Assembly (NCBI GenBank): GCA_963663275.1
Contig: OY760183.1
Location: forward strand, 1,088,001-1,152,000
From: Chloroflexota bacterium
GTDB lineage: Bacteria > Chloroflexota > UBA11872 > VXOZ01
Length of the DNA stretch: 64,000 nucleotides
Direction: 5' to 3'
Shown here: positions 1-10,011 of the stretch, piece after piece
Layout: each line of letters begins with the position of its first letter
Numbering within the stretch: the first letter of the stretch is position 1
Made by a program: the position numbers and the translations under genes
The notes under the pieces: model-generated
What the model was told of the DNA's origin: nothing
The model's input: the letters and a program-made list of their open reading frames with translations, nothing else
Database searches by the model: none

Positions 1-82
1 GCAGCATAATGAACCCGCCAACGGTGAACGCCGATAAGATGCTCGCCAGTACGGTGGCAATGGTGTCGTTTTCCATGGTCAT
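1..82 (-). CDS. Small hypothetical membrane-anchored protein, 5' part (runs off window start)
   Basis: AAGGAG SD at 85-90 (minus), ATG at 82, reads MTMENDTIATVLASILSAFTVGGFIML (hydrophobic helix); open to position 1. Confidence 0.5.
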   Translation of the reverse strand, partial: MTMENDTIATVLASILSAFTVGGFIML

Positions 83-310
83 GTCTCCTTAGTCTAAGCA
101 TAGCTGCCAAGTGTATGATAGGTCAAGCTGCCTGACATCTGTGGCAAGAGCGTTCTACCACTCCTGTACCAAATGATAGTACGTCTCGGGCCAATTGAAC
201 ACTTGAGGCACACCCGCGTGTATTCTCCGAGGATCTCCAGTCAGCAGAAGCCCTCATGCCAGCAAATCCATGCGGCGCATAGATAGCAAGCACCGTAGGC
301 GTGCGGGTCG

Positions 311-1105
311 CTACAAGGGCCTCGCACCGACAGGAGGCAAGAACAGCGCCTGAATCAACCCATCCGGATCCGACCAGCGCGACACTCTGGATAGAGATCC
401 CACGAGACTAAAGTCACCATCCGTCCAAATGTCGTTGGTGTCGTCGAAGAGGGATACGAAGCCGAGCGGCTCGCTCCGCGCTACCGGCCCTAAATCGTGC
501 CAGGTGGCTACTACCCGGTCGGTTATCCTGCGCGCCGCGGAACGGTTGTTGGCGCTGAGCACATTGACTAACACGGTGCGTCTGCGGGCGCGAACCTGAA
601 AATCCACATTCCACGTACGATTTGAAACCCCTGTCCGCCTGGAGGCGCGTTCGAACGGTACGTTGTGCTTTTCGAGATAGTCGGCCACCTGACCTGTAAT
701 CGATGGCGGCGTGCGCGTGCGAAAGGTGAGCCATATATCGGCAACTCTCGACGCTACCTGCGCAGCCTGGACAATTGCGGCAGCCAATTCGCTGGGATGG
801 CAATGCGTTTCAATGACGCCATTCTGAAACTCAACACCGTGGGTTAGGCAAATGTCCGCAACGAGCCCGGTCTGCTTAGGTGAAAGGCGCATAGAGGGCG
901 ACTGCGTGTACAGCCAGCGCATGGTCTCCCCAAAGTCTGACACCAGTACCGAGTCACCCTCGAACGCCAGGAATACGTCGATTGCGTCTCCGTCCGGGTA
1001 GAGGAACGGCGTGCCAACCTGGTCGTAGCCCTCCTCTTCCGTGTACGAAAAGAGGGCGCCAAGTTCGCGCTGTACTTGTGCGATGTTCGTCAGAGCAACG
1101 TTCAT
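311..1105 (-). CDS. DUF1828(/DUF1829)-like domain protein
   Basis: TPFLYPDGDAIDVF and VSDFGETMRWL motifs typical of DUF1828; C-terminal restriction-endonuclease-like half (G.S..WNVDF). Confidence 0.7.
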   Translation of the reverse strand: MNVALTNIAQVQRELGALFSYTEEEGYDQVGTPFLYPDGDAIDVFLAFEGDSVLVSDFGETMRWLYTQSPSMRLSPKQTGLVADICLTHGVEFQNGVIETHCHPSELAAAIVQAAQVASRVADIWLTFRTRTPPSITGQVADYLEKHNVPFERASRRTGVSNRTWNVDFQVRARRRTVLVNVLSANNRSAARRITDRVVATWHDLGPVARSEPLGFVSLFDDTNDIWTDGDFSLVGSLSRVSRWSDPDGLIQALFLPPVGARPL

Positions 1106-1112
1106 TGCCGCA

Positions 1113-1541
1113 TTAGCCCTTCCGCAACTCTCCGTTGTGCTGTATGCGTGCCTCCACGCAGAACTCTCTCCAAACCGCCGCCGGGTCAGCAGCCGACGCC
1201 GTTATGTCGTCAGGCACGTAGGCTCTCTTATCTCTATAGCGTTCCGACCAGCTATGCTTATGCTTTCTGCCGATCCGTTCGCCTTGCGGATTACGATGTA
1301 TCTTTCCCATGTCAAGGCCATAGATGCGGCCCTCCGTCCGCAAGATGAGCGCGTAAGACAACCTTTGCGTCCTTGGATTATAGCTGCCATGAATGAATAG
1401 CGGCCAACCTACCTCCGATTGTACGGCGGCTCTGAATGTCCAGGCGGGCAAGTGGCTGCTGTCCTCTTTCCAAGCAATATTCCCCTCAATTCGCTTCGAG
1501 GCATCACTCAAAATGGAGGAGAAATCGGCATCGCTCAGCAA
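1113..1541 (-). CDS. DUF6978-like protein, partner of the DUF1828 protein
   Basis: HRNPQGERIGRKHKHSW..AY His-rich motif; 7-nt gap to downstream gene. Confidence 0.6.
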   Translation of the reverse strand: MLSDADFSSILSDASKRIEGNIAWKEDSSHLPAWTFRAAVQSEVGWPLFIHGSYNPRTQRLSYALILRTEGRIYGLDMGKIHRNPQGERIGRKHKHSWSERYRDKRAYVPDDITASAADPAAVWREFCVEARIQHNGELRKG

Positions 1542-1658
1542 AATGCCTACCGTTCCATAGTATCAAAGCGGTACGAGGAAAAGCATCGTCCTGCGCCTTG
1601 CCCCTCTTGCCGCAAGGCTTGTCGACGGCGCCTATAGCCCCATGGATGAGCGAACGAT

Positions 1659-2981
1659 TCAGTTCACCGCAGCCAAAGACCGCAGTTCCGCCGCGTTTTC
1701 CTGCACTTTCACGAAAGCGTCGGCGATGTCGTCCATGTCCGCTTGCGTGCCCAGGAAGGCCGGGTGGCCCATCCAGAGGGTTTCCTCGCGGCAGAGGCGT
1801 TCGGCTTCCGGGCATTCCGTCCGGCGGTAGTCCATTGTGCGGCCGTAGTAGTGGCTGGTGAGCGGGAAGCCGCTGCGCAGCGAACCGTGCAGGGCGTCCT
1901 GGAAGAGCGGGTGCTTGTGCAGGGGGCGCACGTAGCCGGCGCTGCACGGGACGCCTTCCGCGGCCACGGCCTTGGCGACGACCTCGCGCGGCGCGCCGCC
2001 GAAAGCCTCGGCGTTCATGTACTTGAAGATGAAGATGTGGAGCGCGTTGCGCTTGACGAACGGATCCACGCGCACGTTCGCCAGACCTTCGATTTCGGCC
2101 AGGCGCGACGCGAGGTAGGTGCAATTCTCATGCCGGCGGGCCGCCCATTCCTCCAGGTTGGGGAATTGCGAGTGCAGGATCGCGCCCATGATCTCCGACA
2201 TGCGGTAGTTCCAGGAGAGCACCGGAAACTGCGTGTCCACCGGGTCGTTCAGGTGGTCGTCCGCCAGGTCCACGTGCGAGCGCCAGAAGTCGTGGGCGTA
2301 GACCGCGCGCTTGTAGATCTCCTCGTTGTTGGTGGTCACGCAGCCGCCCTCGCCGCTGGTCAGGTTCTTGCTGGCCTGAAAGCTCCAACCGGCCGCGTCG
2401 CCCAGCGACCCCAGCTTACCCTGGGCGTGCATGCCGCCGTGGGCGTGGGCGCAATCCTCCAGCACCAGCAAATCGTGCTTGCGCGCGATGGCGTTGATGG
2501 CGTCCATGTCGGCGGGCAGGCCGCCGAAGTGCACGGCAAAGATGGCGCGGGTTTTGTCGGTGATGTGGTCTTCGATGAGGGCGGGATTGAGGTTGTAGGT
2601 CTCCGGGTCGATGTCCACGAACACGGGCACGGCGCCCACCTGCAACGGCGCGCTGGCGGTGGCCATGAACGAATACGGCGGCACGATGACTTCATCGCCA
2701 ATTTCCACGCCGGCCGCCAGCACGGCCACCTCCAACGCCGCGGTGCCGCTGCTCACGCAGAGGCCGTAGTCGCAGTCGTGATAGCGCGCGTACGCCTGCT
2801 CGAACTCCCCCGTGCGCGTGCCGTCGCGCCGCCGGTTCCAGCGCTGGCTGCGCAGCACGTCCGTCACCGCGTCAACCGTCTCATCCCCTACCAGCGGCCA
2901 ACTGCCAAAGGGCGTCCGGCGCAATTTCGGGCCGCCGTTGATAGCTAACTTTGCCACGGCGCAAGGCCTCGCTTTCTGCAT
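1659..2981 (-). CDS. DegT/DnrJ/EryC1/StrS family PLP aminotransferase
   Basis: SSGTAAL, VHFGG, EDCAHAHG, SFQASKNLTSGEGG (PLP lysine), NYRMSE motifs. Confidence 0.95.
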   Translation of the reverse strand: MQKARPCAVAKLAINGGPKLRRTPFGSWPLVGDETVDAVTDVLRSQRWNRRRDGTRTGEFEQAYARYHDCDYGLCVSSGTAALEVAVLAAGVEIGDEVIVPPYSFMATASAPLQVGAVPVFVDIDPETYNLNPALIEDHITDKTRAIFAVHFGGLPADMDAINAIARKHDLLVLEDCAHAHGGMHAQGKLGSLGDAAGWSFQASKNLTSGEGGCVTTNNEEIYKRAVYAHDFWRSHVDLADDHLNDPVDTQFPVLSWNYRMSEIMGAILHSQFPNLEEWAARRHENCTYLASRLAEIEGLANVRVDPFVKRNALHIFIFKYMNAEAFGGAPREVVAKAVAAEGVPCSAGYVRPLHKHPLFQDALHGSLRSGFPLTSHYYGRTMDYRRTECPEAERLCREETLWMGHPAFLGTQADMDDIADAFVKVQENAAELRSLAAVN

Positions 2982-3118
2982 GTCTTATCGCTCGTTTTCG
3001 CCATCAGTGTGCACCTATAGTATCATGGCCAAAACAGTGCGCAAGGTAACAGCCGAACAGGAGCGTCGTCCAGAGAAAGGGCGTTCGCCAGGGCTTGAAG
3101 AAGAATCGTCGAGAGGTG

Positions 3119-3523
3119 ATGAAGGTGCGCGTTAAGCTGCCCCACAGGGAGTTGTCCGACGCTTTCGTGGCGTTGAGCCATGCAGCCGCCGAGGCTGAAG
3201 AAGAGGGCTTTCAAATACCCTCTGACTTAGCAGTAGTCAATGCGAAACGCCTGTTGCATGAGATGTACGCGATTGCGCCGCAACGCTTCGAGGTCTACCC
3301 CACACCTGACGCCGAGATCGCTATTCGCGCTTTGGCTCCCGGTAGATCGGTCATAGTGCTGTGCGAATCGGATGGAGAAGCGTTGTGCTTGGCCAACCTC
3401 AACAATGGCCGCAGACGCAAGAGATTTGATTCCGTGGATGCCCTGCCGGACCGCTTCTTGAAGAGAGCCCTCTTGGACTTGAAATTGGGGATATCTAGTC
3501 CTCACGGAGCACATTGCCCATGA
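3119..3523 (+). CDS. Hypothetical protein
   Basis: GAGG SD before ATG 3119; stop overlaps the next ATG (ATGA at 3520-3523); AT-richer codon usage than neighbours. Confidence 0.6.
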   Translation: MKVRVKLPHRELSDAFVALSHAAAEAEEEGFQIPSDLAVVNAKRLLHEMYAIAPQRFEVYPTPDAEIAIRALAPGRSVIVLCESDGEALCLANLNNGRRRKRFDSVDALPDRFLKRALLDLKLGISSPHGAHCP

Positions 3524-4659
3524 AAATCGTCGACATGCACGTCCGCGCCTTCACCTACCCCTCCCGCATCGTGCGGGATACCGAAGGCCACACCCATCCC
3601 GGCCCGGAGCATGAAGCCACCCAATCGCTGCTCACCGTTGTCGCGGACGACGGCGCGGTCGGCTATTGCTTTGGCGCGCCGAGCCCCGGCGTGTTGGAGG
3701 ACGTCATCAAGCCCGCCATCATGGGCGAAGACCCCATGTACCGCGAGCGCATCTGGAAGACCCTGCACCACTGGCAGCGCATGTCCCGCGATTTGACCGA
3801 CCGGGCGCTGGGCGCGGTGGACATGGCGATTTGGGACCTGGTGGGCCGCGCCCTGGGGCAGCCGGTCTACAAGCTGCTGGGCGCGACCCGCGACAAAGTG
3901 CCGGCCTACGCCAGCACCATGTGCGGCGACGAAATCGCGGGCGGCCTGAGCACGCCGGAGGAGTACGGCGCGTTCGCACTGCAATGCAAGGAGCGCGGCT
4001 ATCCGGCTTTCAAGCTGCACACCTGGATGCCGCCGATCGCCTGGGCGCCGGACCCGAAGATGGACATCGCCGCCTGCGCCGCCGTGCGCGAGGCCGTGGG
4101 CGCTGAGATGGACCTCATGCTCGACTGCTACCACTTCTACAGCCGCGCGGATGCGCTATACATCGGCCGGGCGTTGGAAGACCTCGACTACTACTGGTTC
4201 GAGGAGCCGATGGACGAGTTCAGCACGTCATCGTACGTCTGGCTGGCCGACCAGCTTGACATTCCCGTGGTCGGGCCGGAAACCGCCGACGGCAAGATGT
4301 ACACCCGCGCCGAGTGGCTTGCCCGGGGCGCGGCCGACATCAGCCGGGGCGGCGTGAGCGACGTGGGCGGCATTACGCCCCTGATGAAGGTCGTCCACCT
4401 CTGCGAGGCGTTCAACGTGCAGATGGAGGTGCACGGCGGCGGCCCCGGCAACCTGCACGCCCTCTGCGCCATGAACTACCCGGGCAAGTACTACGAACGC
4501 GGCCTTCTGCACCCCCACATCGACTACGAGGAAGTGGAACCCTGGCTCAACCGCAAAACCGACCCCATGGACAACACGGGCAACGTCCACGTCTCCCAAG
4601 AGCCGGGCCTCGGCTGGGACATCGATTGGGACTACATCGACGCCCACACGGTGACTTGA
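3520..4659 (+). CDS. Mandelate racemase/muconate lactonizing enzyme (enolase superfamily) protein
   Basis: AVDMAIWDLVGRALGQPVYKLLG, KLH, LMLD, WFEEP, GPE, MEVHG motifs. Confidence 0.92.
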   Translation: MKIVDMHVRAFTYPSRIVRDTEGHTHPGPEHEATQSLLTVVADDGAVGYCFGAPSPGVLEDVIKPAIMGEDPMYRERIWKTLHHWQRMSRDLTDRALGAVDMAIWDLVGRALGQPVYKLLGATRDKVPAYASTMCGDEIAGGLSTPEEYGAFALQCKERGYPAFKLHTWMPPIAWAPDPKMDIAACAAVREAVGAEMDLMLDCYHFYSRADALYIGRALEDLDYYWFEEPMDEFSTSSYVWLADQLDIPVVGPETADGKMYTRAEWLARGAADISRGGVSDVGGITPLMKVVHLCEAFNVQMEVHGGGPGNLHALCAMNYPGKYYERGLLHPHIDYEEVEPWLNRKTDPMDNTGNVHVSQEPGLGWDIDWDYIDAHTVT

Positions 4660-4671
4660 ACACCAGGCTCC

Positions 4672-4908
4672 CTATGGCAGGAGCTTTATCAAGCCGACGG
4701 TGAGACTGGTCGTGAGCGTGACGTTGACCAACACAATCGTCAGCGCCATTTTGTAGAGGTCGATCTTGCTGGCGAGGCGGTTTAGTTTCTCGTCAAGGTA
4801 CTCCTTTGTCGCCGCTTCACCGTTCCTGACCGTGACAACCGCCTCCGCCTGGGCTTCATCGAATCCCGCCGCTATGAGGGACTTCACCATCTTATGTGTG
4901 TCAGCCAT
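4672..4908 (-). CDS. DUF1640/CCDC90-like small coiled-coil protein with C-terminal TM helix
   Basis: DTHKMVKSLIAAGFDEAQAEAVV..ATK signature; hydrophobic C-terminus. Confidence 0.65.
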   Translation of the reverse strand: MADTHKMVKSLIAAGFDEAQAEAVVTVRNGEAATKEYLDEKLNRLASKIDLYKMALTIVLVNVTLTTSLTVGLIKLLP

Positions 4909-5046
4909 AGCAATCTCAGTCATCCGAAGATGCATTCTTGCTCAGTTTCCTCTATCAAAGCTACCCCAAATCGGCTCTTCACCCCAGACATGCTTCGCAA
5001 CGCCGCGTCACGCAGGTAGTACCGGAAGGGCGCGGTCACGCGCCAA

Positions 5047-7521
5047 CTAAGCAGGCTGCGGTGCCGGCGTGGGGGTAGGCGTAGGAATAGGCGTGGGGGT
5101 AGGCGTGGGGGTAGGCGTCGGTGTCGGCGTGGGACTGGCCGGACACGTTACCGAGATGGAGGTCGTGGTTTGTGGGCCCCAGGCGTCGCGATAGGTCTCA
5201 CCATCGCCCTTTGCCACGCCGTTGACGTTGAACGTGAGCGTCTGGCCGCCTTGCGAGGCTGAGCACACGGTGGCCCCGTAGTCCTTCGAATAGGGTTGGC
5301 CCTTCTTGAAGTCTCCGGTCCGGCCGGTCTGGGTATTGAAGAGATTGCCGCTCGTCTTTACTTCCGCAACCCCGCTTGCGAGCGTTACCGTGAGCGTGAC
5401 CGTTATCGCGTCCCCACTGGGACTGCTCGACAGGCTGAGCGAGGGCGAGGGCGGCAGCGCTAGCGTCGGGGTAGGCGTGGGCGTGGGCGGTGGCTCCCCA
5501 GGGCAGGTTACCGAGATGGTGGACGTGCTTGGCGAACTCCAAGCGTCACGGTAGATTACGCCGTCGCCATTCGCCACCACGTTGACGGTGAAGTCAAGCG
5601 TCTGGCCGGCTTGTCCGGATGAGCACACGTGTTCCGAAAAGCTTGCCGAATACGTGCCTTGGTTATTGCCCCGCGACCAGCCGCTCGTGAAGAGATTGCC
5701 GCTGAACCGTATCCCGTCAACCCCGTTCTCGAACGTCACCGACGCGATGACCATCATAGAGAGGCCGTTATTGGGGACGCTCGACGTAGTGCTGGAGAGG
5801 GACAGGGAAGGCGCGGATGGCAGCGGCAGTGTGGGCGTCGGCACGGGCGTTGGCGTGGCGCCGCCGGGGCAGGTTACCGAGATGGTGGACGTGCCCTGCG
5901 GGCCCCAGGCGTCGCGATAGATCGCGCCGTCGCCCTTTGCCACGCCGTTGACGGCAAAGCTCAGCGTCTGGCCGCCTTGCGCGGCGGTGCAAACCTGGGC
6001 TGTGTAGTCTACGGAATACGGCTGACCCTTCAGGAAGTTCCCGGTCCGGCCGGTCTGGGTGTTGAAGAGGTTGCCGCTGGTCCGCGCTTCCGCTACCCCG
6101 TATGGAATCGTTACCGTGAGCGTAATCGTTATGTCGTTCTCATTGGGACTACTCGACAGGCTGAGTGAGGGCGACGGCGGCAGCGGCAATGTTGTGGGCG
6201 TAGGCGAACCACCCGGCGTTGGCGTGGTCTGCGGGACGGTCGGCGTGGTCTGCGGTACCGTTGGCGTGACTGATGGCGCCGGTGTTGGGCCTCCAGGCGT
6301 GGGCGTTGACCCAGGATCCACCGAGGGCGGCGGCGCGGGCCCCGTTCCAGGCGGGGGCGCCGGCAGCGCCGTGGTCGGGAACGGACACGTCACGGTGACA
6401 CCAATGTAATCGCTCCAGTCCGACCAGGCCTGCCGGTAGGTTTCACCGTCGCCAAACGCGCGCAGGCGCAGGAAGTGCGTAGCCGTCTCGCCGGCCTGGC
6501 TGGGCAGGCAGACCAAGGCGGACGTAGGCGGCGTCTGCTCGCTCGTCCACGTGTGGCTGCCGGCAATGCCGTCGGTTTCAATCGAGGCCACGCCTTCCGG
6601 CCAGGAATAGCTCCACCGCACTTCCACCACGCCTTTGTCCGACCACGCGTTGTAGTTCTCCACGTGAATGCCGTAGTCAAGCGATACCGCCGGGACTGGC
6701 GGCGGCGGCAGCCCGCCGTCGGCCGGCGTCGGCGTCAGCGCGGGCGTGGGAATATGCCCCGACGCGTCGGGGCAGGACGCCGTGTGCGTGAGCAAGCGCA
6801 ACTGGCCCGGGCCGGAGCGGTAGGTCACGCCATCGCCCGCGGAGGTGAGAATGACCGCAATCGCCAGCGACTGATCCGCGTCCGCCGGAGGGCAGACATA
6901 GGCATGGTAACTCTCGGCGTTGCCGTCGCTTTCCAGCAGCGAGAACGGCGCGCCGCCCGACCAGGATATGCTGCCGCTGGTGTCTGACGGCCACTGCACG
7001 GAAAAGACGACTTCGACGAGCAGGTCCTGCCGGCCGGAAGCGCCGCTGCCAATGCTCCCCGCGGGAGCGGGCGCTAACGGCAGTACGGGAGTCGGCGTTG
7101 CCTGGGGTTCCTGCGCGTCTGAATCGCTGTCTGGAACGTAATCAGGTTCCTGCGTGCCTGAATCGCTGCCGGCCACGTAATCGGGTTCCCACGGGAACCG
7201 CTCGCTATTCAGGCGCTGCTGGAGTCCATACGGGCCGTTGACCCAGGTGTAGTGGCCGTCGGTGAAGGCCGTATAGTTGTCGGACTTGCGCCAGACCATG
7301 AGCCCGCCGGTGGTGGACTGGGTGCTGTCGCCGTTGGCGCTATGCTGCTCGTTGCTCAAGCAGTCGCCCACAGTGTCATGGCCGATGAGGTCGCGCAGGG
7401 TCTTGAAACCAAGACGGAATTCGCAATCGGCAGCCGTTGCCGACGACACGACAAGCGCGGCAAACGCGAAACCAAGCAAAATTCCGACAACAGAACGTCG
7501 TAGCCGGGCCGGCAGAAACAT
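5047..7521 (-). CDS. Secreted modular Pro/Thr-rich protein with repeated two-cysteine domains
   Basis: Signal peptide (RLRRSVVGILLGFAFAALVVSSATA); N-terminal CEFRLGFKTLRDLIG..RFPWE domain; 3 close and 2 divergent ~100-aa repeats ending GDG..YRDAW..ISVTCP, separated by (PT)n linkers; start 7521 chosen from GAGAG SD. Confidence 0.8.
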   Translation of the reverse strand: MFLPARLRRSVVGILLGFAFAALVVSSATAADCEFRLGFKTLRDLIGHDTVGDCLSNEQHSANGDSTQSTTGGLMVWRKSDNYTAFTDGHYTWVNGPYGLQQRLNSERFPWEPDYVAGSDSGTQEPDYVPDSDSDAQEPQATPTPVLPLAPAPAGSIGSGASGRQDLLVEVVFSVQWPSDTSGSISWSGGAPFSLLESDGNAESYHAYVCPPADADQSLAIAVILTSAGDGVTYRSGPGQLRLLTHTASCPDASGHIPTPALTPTPADGGLPPPPVPAVSLDYGIHVENYNAWSDKGVVEVRWSYSWPEGVASIETDGIAGSHTWTSEQTPPTSALVCLPSQAGETATHFLRLRAFGDGETYRQAWSDWSDYIGVTVTCPFPTTALPAPPPGTGPAPPPSVDPGSTPTPGGPTPAPSVTPTVPQTTPTVPQTTPTPGGSPTPTTLPLPPSPSLSLSSSPNENDITITLTVTIPYGVAEARTSGNLFNTQTGRTGNFLKGQPYSVDYTAQVCTAAQGGQTLSFAVNGVAKGDGAIYRDAWGPQGTSTISVTCPGGATPTPVPTPTLPLPSAPSLSLSSTTSSVPNNGLSMMVIASVTFENGVDGIRFSGNLFTSGWSRGNNQGTYSASFSEHVCSSGQAGQTLDFTVNVVANGDGVIYRDAWSSPSTSTISVTCPGEPPPTPTPTPTLALPPSPSLSLSSSPSGDAITVTLTVTLASGVAEVKTSGNLFNTQTGRTGDFKKGQPYSKDYGATVCSASQGGQTLTFNVNGVAKGDGETYRDAWGPQTTTSISVTCPASPTPTPTPTPTPTPTPIPTPTPTPAPQPA

Positions 7522-7653
7522 CGCCGTAATCTCTCTCACAACCGATTCCGATGCAGTATGGGCGGGAGGCATTGCGCCCCATAGCGCATTACCGTGTGCG
7601 AAACTCTACCAAAATGCTAGCGAACTGTCTAGATTGAGAGAGCCGTCAGAGGC

Positions 7654-7681
7654 GTAGGGGCGGTTCGCGAACCGCCCCTAC
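7654..7681. repeat. GTAG-type REP palindrome (GTAGGGGCGGTTCGCGAACCGCCCCTAC)
   Basis: Perfect 28-bp palindrome; further copies at 26864 and ~41633. Confidence 0.85.
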
Positions 7682-7759
7682 GGAAACCACAATACCTCAG
7701 GGCATTGAAGCACGGGAGCGCGTGTATCGAATAGTCGCGTGAAACCTGATCGTCAATTC

Positions 7760-8785
7760 CTACCACGACGTGAGGCCGGTGTAGAGGTCTGGCGGGATGC
7801 GCACGACTGCGCCGGTGCGGGTGGACTCTTCGCAGGCCAGGGCGACGGCGACGATGTAGCGTCCCCAGAGTCCGTCTACCGGCGGCGCGGTATCGGACTG
7901 GATGGCGTCTATCAGGCCGGACAGTTCCAGCGCGAAAGCGCCCGCATAGTCCTGCCCGGCGGCAATGGATTGCTCGACGTATTCCGCGCCCGCGCTGAGC
8001 CAGAGGCGGTCGTCGCGGGTTTGCGCGCGCACGCTTGCCCGCGTGCCGATGAGTTCCACCTCGTTGCGCTCCGGCCCTTCTTGCGAATAGCCGGTGTGGT
8101 GCAGCGTGGCGTGGGCGCCGTTGGCGAAGTCCAGCCACGCCAGGCCGGTATCGTCGGCGTTCTGGCCGACCATCGGATTGCTCACCCAGGCGCGCACGGC
8201 GGTTATTGGGCTGCCGATGAGCCACGTGAGGCGGTCGAGCATGTGCACGCCGTTCATGTACCACATGCCGCCGCCGCCTTCCGCGCGGTTCAGAAACCAG
8301 GGCGGGCGGTTGGCCAGGTCGAACGTGCGGTACCAGGTGTCGGTGGCAAAGACGATGTTGCCTAGCTTTCCCTCTTGAATGAGCCGCTTGGCCGCCAGGC
8401 CGGCGGGTAGAAAATGCTCCGTGTGCGCCACCAGCAGTTTGACGCCGGCCTCCTCAGCAGCGGCGATGATGGCGTCGCAGTCGGCTATCGTCATCGCCAT
8501 GGGCTTCTCCAAGAAGACGTGCTTGCCGGCCGCGCACGCGGCGAGCGTGACCTCCGTGTGCAGGTAGTGCGGCAGCCCGATCATGACGATGTCCACCTGC
8601 GGATCCGCGAGGAGATCGGTGTGGCTGGCGTACGCGGCGCAGGGGTGCGCGCGCGTGAACTGCCGCCGCCGCTCTTCATCCGGCTCGGCAAGCGCCGCTA
8701 ACTGTGCTTCCGGCACGGCGCCAATCGCCTGCGCGTGTCCGCCGCTCACCCGGCTCGCGCCGATGATGCCTACACCGTATGCCAT
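7760..8785 (-). CDS. Gfo/Idh/MocA family oxidoreductase
   Basis: GVGIIGA, AGKHVFLEKPMA, GGG..MNGVHMLD motifs; GAGGAG SD. Confidence 0.93.
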   Translation of the reverse strand: MAYGVGIIGASRVSGGHAQAIGAVPEAQLAALAEPDEERRRQFTRAHPCAAYASHTDLLADPQVDIVMIGLPHYLHTEVTLAACAAGKHVFLEKPMAMTIADCDAIIAAAEEAGVKLLVAHTEHFLPAGLAAKRLIQEGKLGNIVFATDTWYRTFDLANRPPWFLNRAEGGGGMWYMNGVHMLDRLTWLIGSPITAVRAWVSNPMVGQNADDTGLAWLDFANGAHATLHHTGYSQEGPERNEVELIGTRASVRAQTRDDRLWLSAGAEYVEQSIAAGQDYAGAFALELSGLIDAIQSDTAPPVDGLWGRYIVAVALACEESTRTGAVVRIPPDLYTGLTSW

Positions 8786-8848
8786 GTACACCGCTCCTCG
8801 CTATCTGCCATGCCGCATGTCAACCGCAACCTCGACACCGGCCCAATC

Positions 8849-9936
8849 GTAGCGCGGGGGCTTGTCCCCCGCCTCTTCGCGCCGGCGCAGGTTTGTAACC
8901 TGCGCTACCGGACATCTGGTTACAAACCTGCGGTATGGGACCTCTGGTTACGAACCTGCACAACCGGACACGTGGTTACAAACCTGCGGTACGGGATCTC
9001 TGGTTTCGAACCTGGGCTACCGGATGCTCGGCGGCTATGATCCGATTCTCGTCAATCACCATCACGCCTGCCGCCAACACGTAGCGCGGGGGTTCATCCC
9101 CCGCCTCTTCGCACCGGCGCAGGTTACAAACCTGCGCTACCGGATACTTGCAAGACCCAATTCTCGTCTATCGCCACTACGCCCGCCGCCAACACGTAGC
9201 GCGGGGGCTTGTCCCCCGCCTCTTCACCCCGCCGCAGGTTACAAACCTGCGCTACCGGACACTTGCAAAACCCGATTCTCATCTATCGCCACCACGCCTG
9301 CCGCCAACACGTAGCGCGGGGTCTTGTCCCCCGCCTCTTCGCACCAGCGCAGGTTATAAACCTGCGCTACCGGATGCTCGGCGGCCATGCCCCGATTCTC
9401 GTCAATCGCCATCACGCCTGCCGCCAACACGTAGCGCGGGGGTTCATCCCCCGCCTCTTCGCGGGCAAGCCGCTCTGGGCACTGGCCTTCCACTCGCTGA
9501 GCCGCTTTGCCTTCAAGAGTCACCGGCCTGACCGCAAAGCCTACACTACCGGGATACGTCACAGGTTACAAACCTGTGCTACCTATGCCCCTGCCCAACG
9601 ACATCGATGGGTTGCGCCACCGGCCGCGCGCCACGTTCCGGTAGCGCAGGTTTGTAACCTGCGACAACGGTTGCCCCTGGCTAGCGACATCGATGCGTTG
9701 CATTGCCGGCCGCGCGTCACGCTCCGGTAGCGCAGGTTTGTAACCTGCGACAACGGTTACCCCTGGCTACCGACATCGATGCGTTGCATTACCGGCCGCG
9801 CGCCACGTTCCGGTAGCGCAGGTTTGTAACCTGCGCAAGGGTGGGGTCGATGTGTGGGCGCCGTTTTATCATGCCAAGTCGCCGGTGATCGGTTTTCGCG
9901 CAACATACTTCGGCGGGGGACAAGCCCCCGCGCTAC
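8849..9936. repeat. BIME-like tandem REP array
   Basis: GTAGCGCGGGGG(CTTGT/TTCAT)CCCCCGC paired with inverted GCGCAGGTTACAAACCTGCGCTAC at 8849, 9081, 9196, 9311, 9431; 86-bp units at 9641, 9727, 9813; ~28-bp degenerate half-site run near 8915-9025. Confidence 0.9.
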
Positions 9937-10011
9937 GCCTGTGAGACAGTATCGGGAAAGAGCCGCCGCGCTACGACGATGTTTCTTCTCAGTCAGGCGG
10001 GGGACAAGCCC

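Noticed and set aside
8735-9730. ORFs with repeated VARGLVPR / QVTNLRY peptides
   Set aside because: These are translations of REP DNA; the same peptides appear at every REP cluster
8849-9837. Possible CRISPR array
   Set aside because: Intervening sequences are near-copies of each other, the repeats are GTAG REPs found throughout the window, and no cas genes are present
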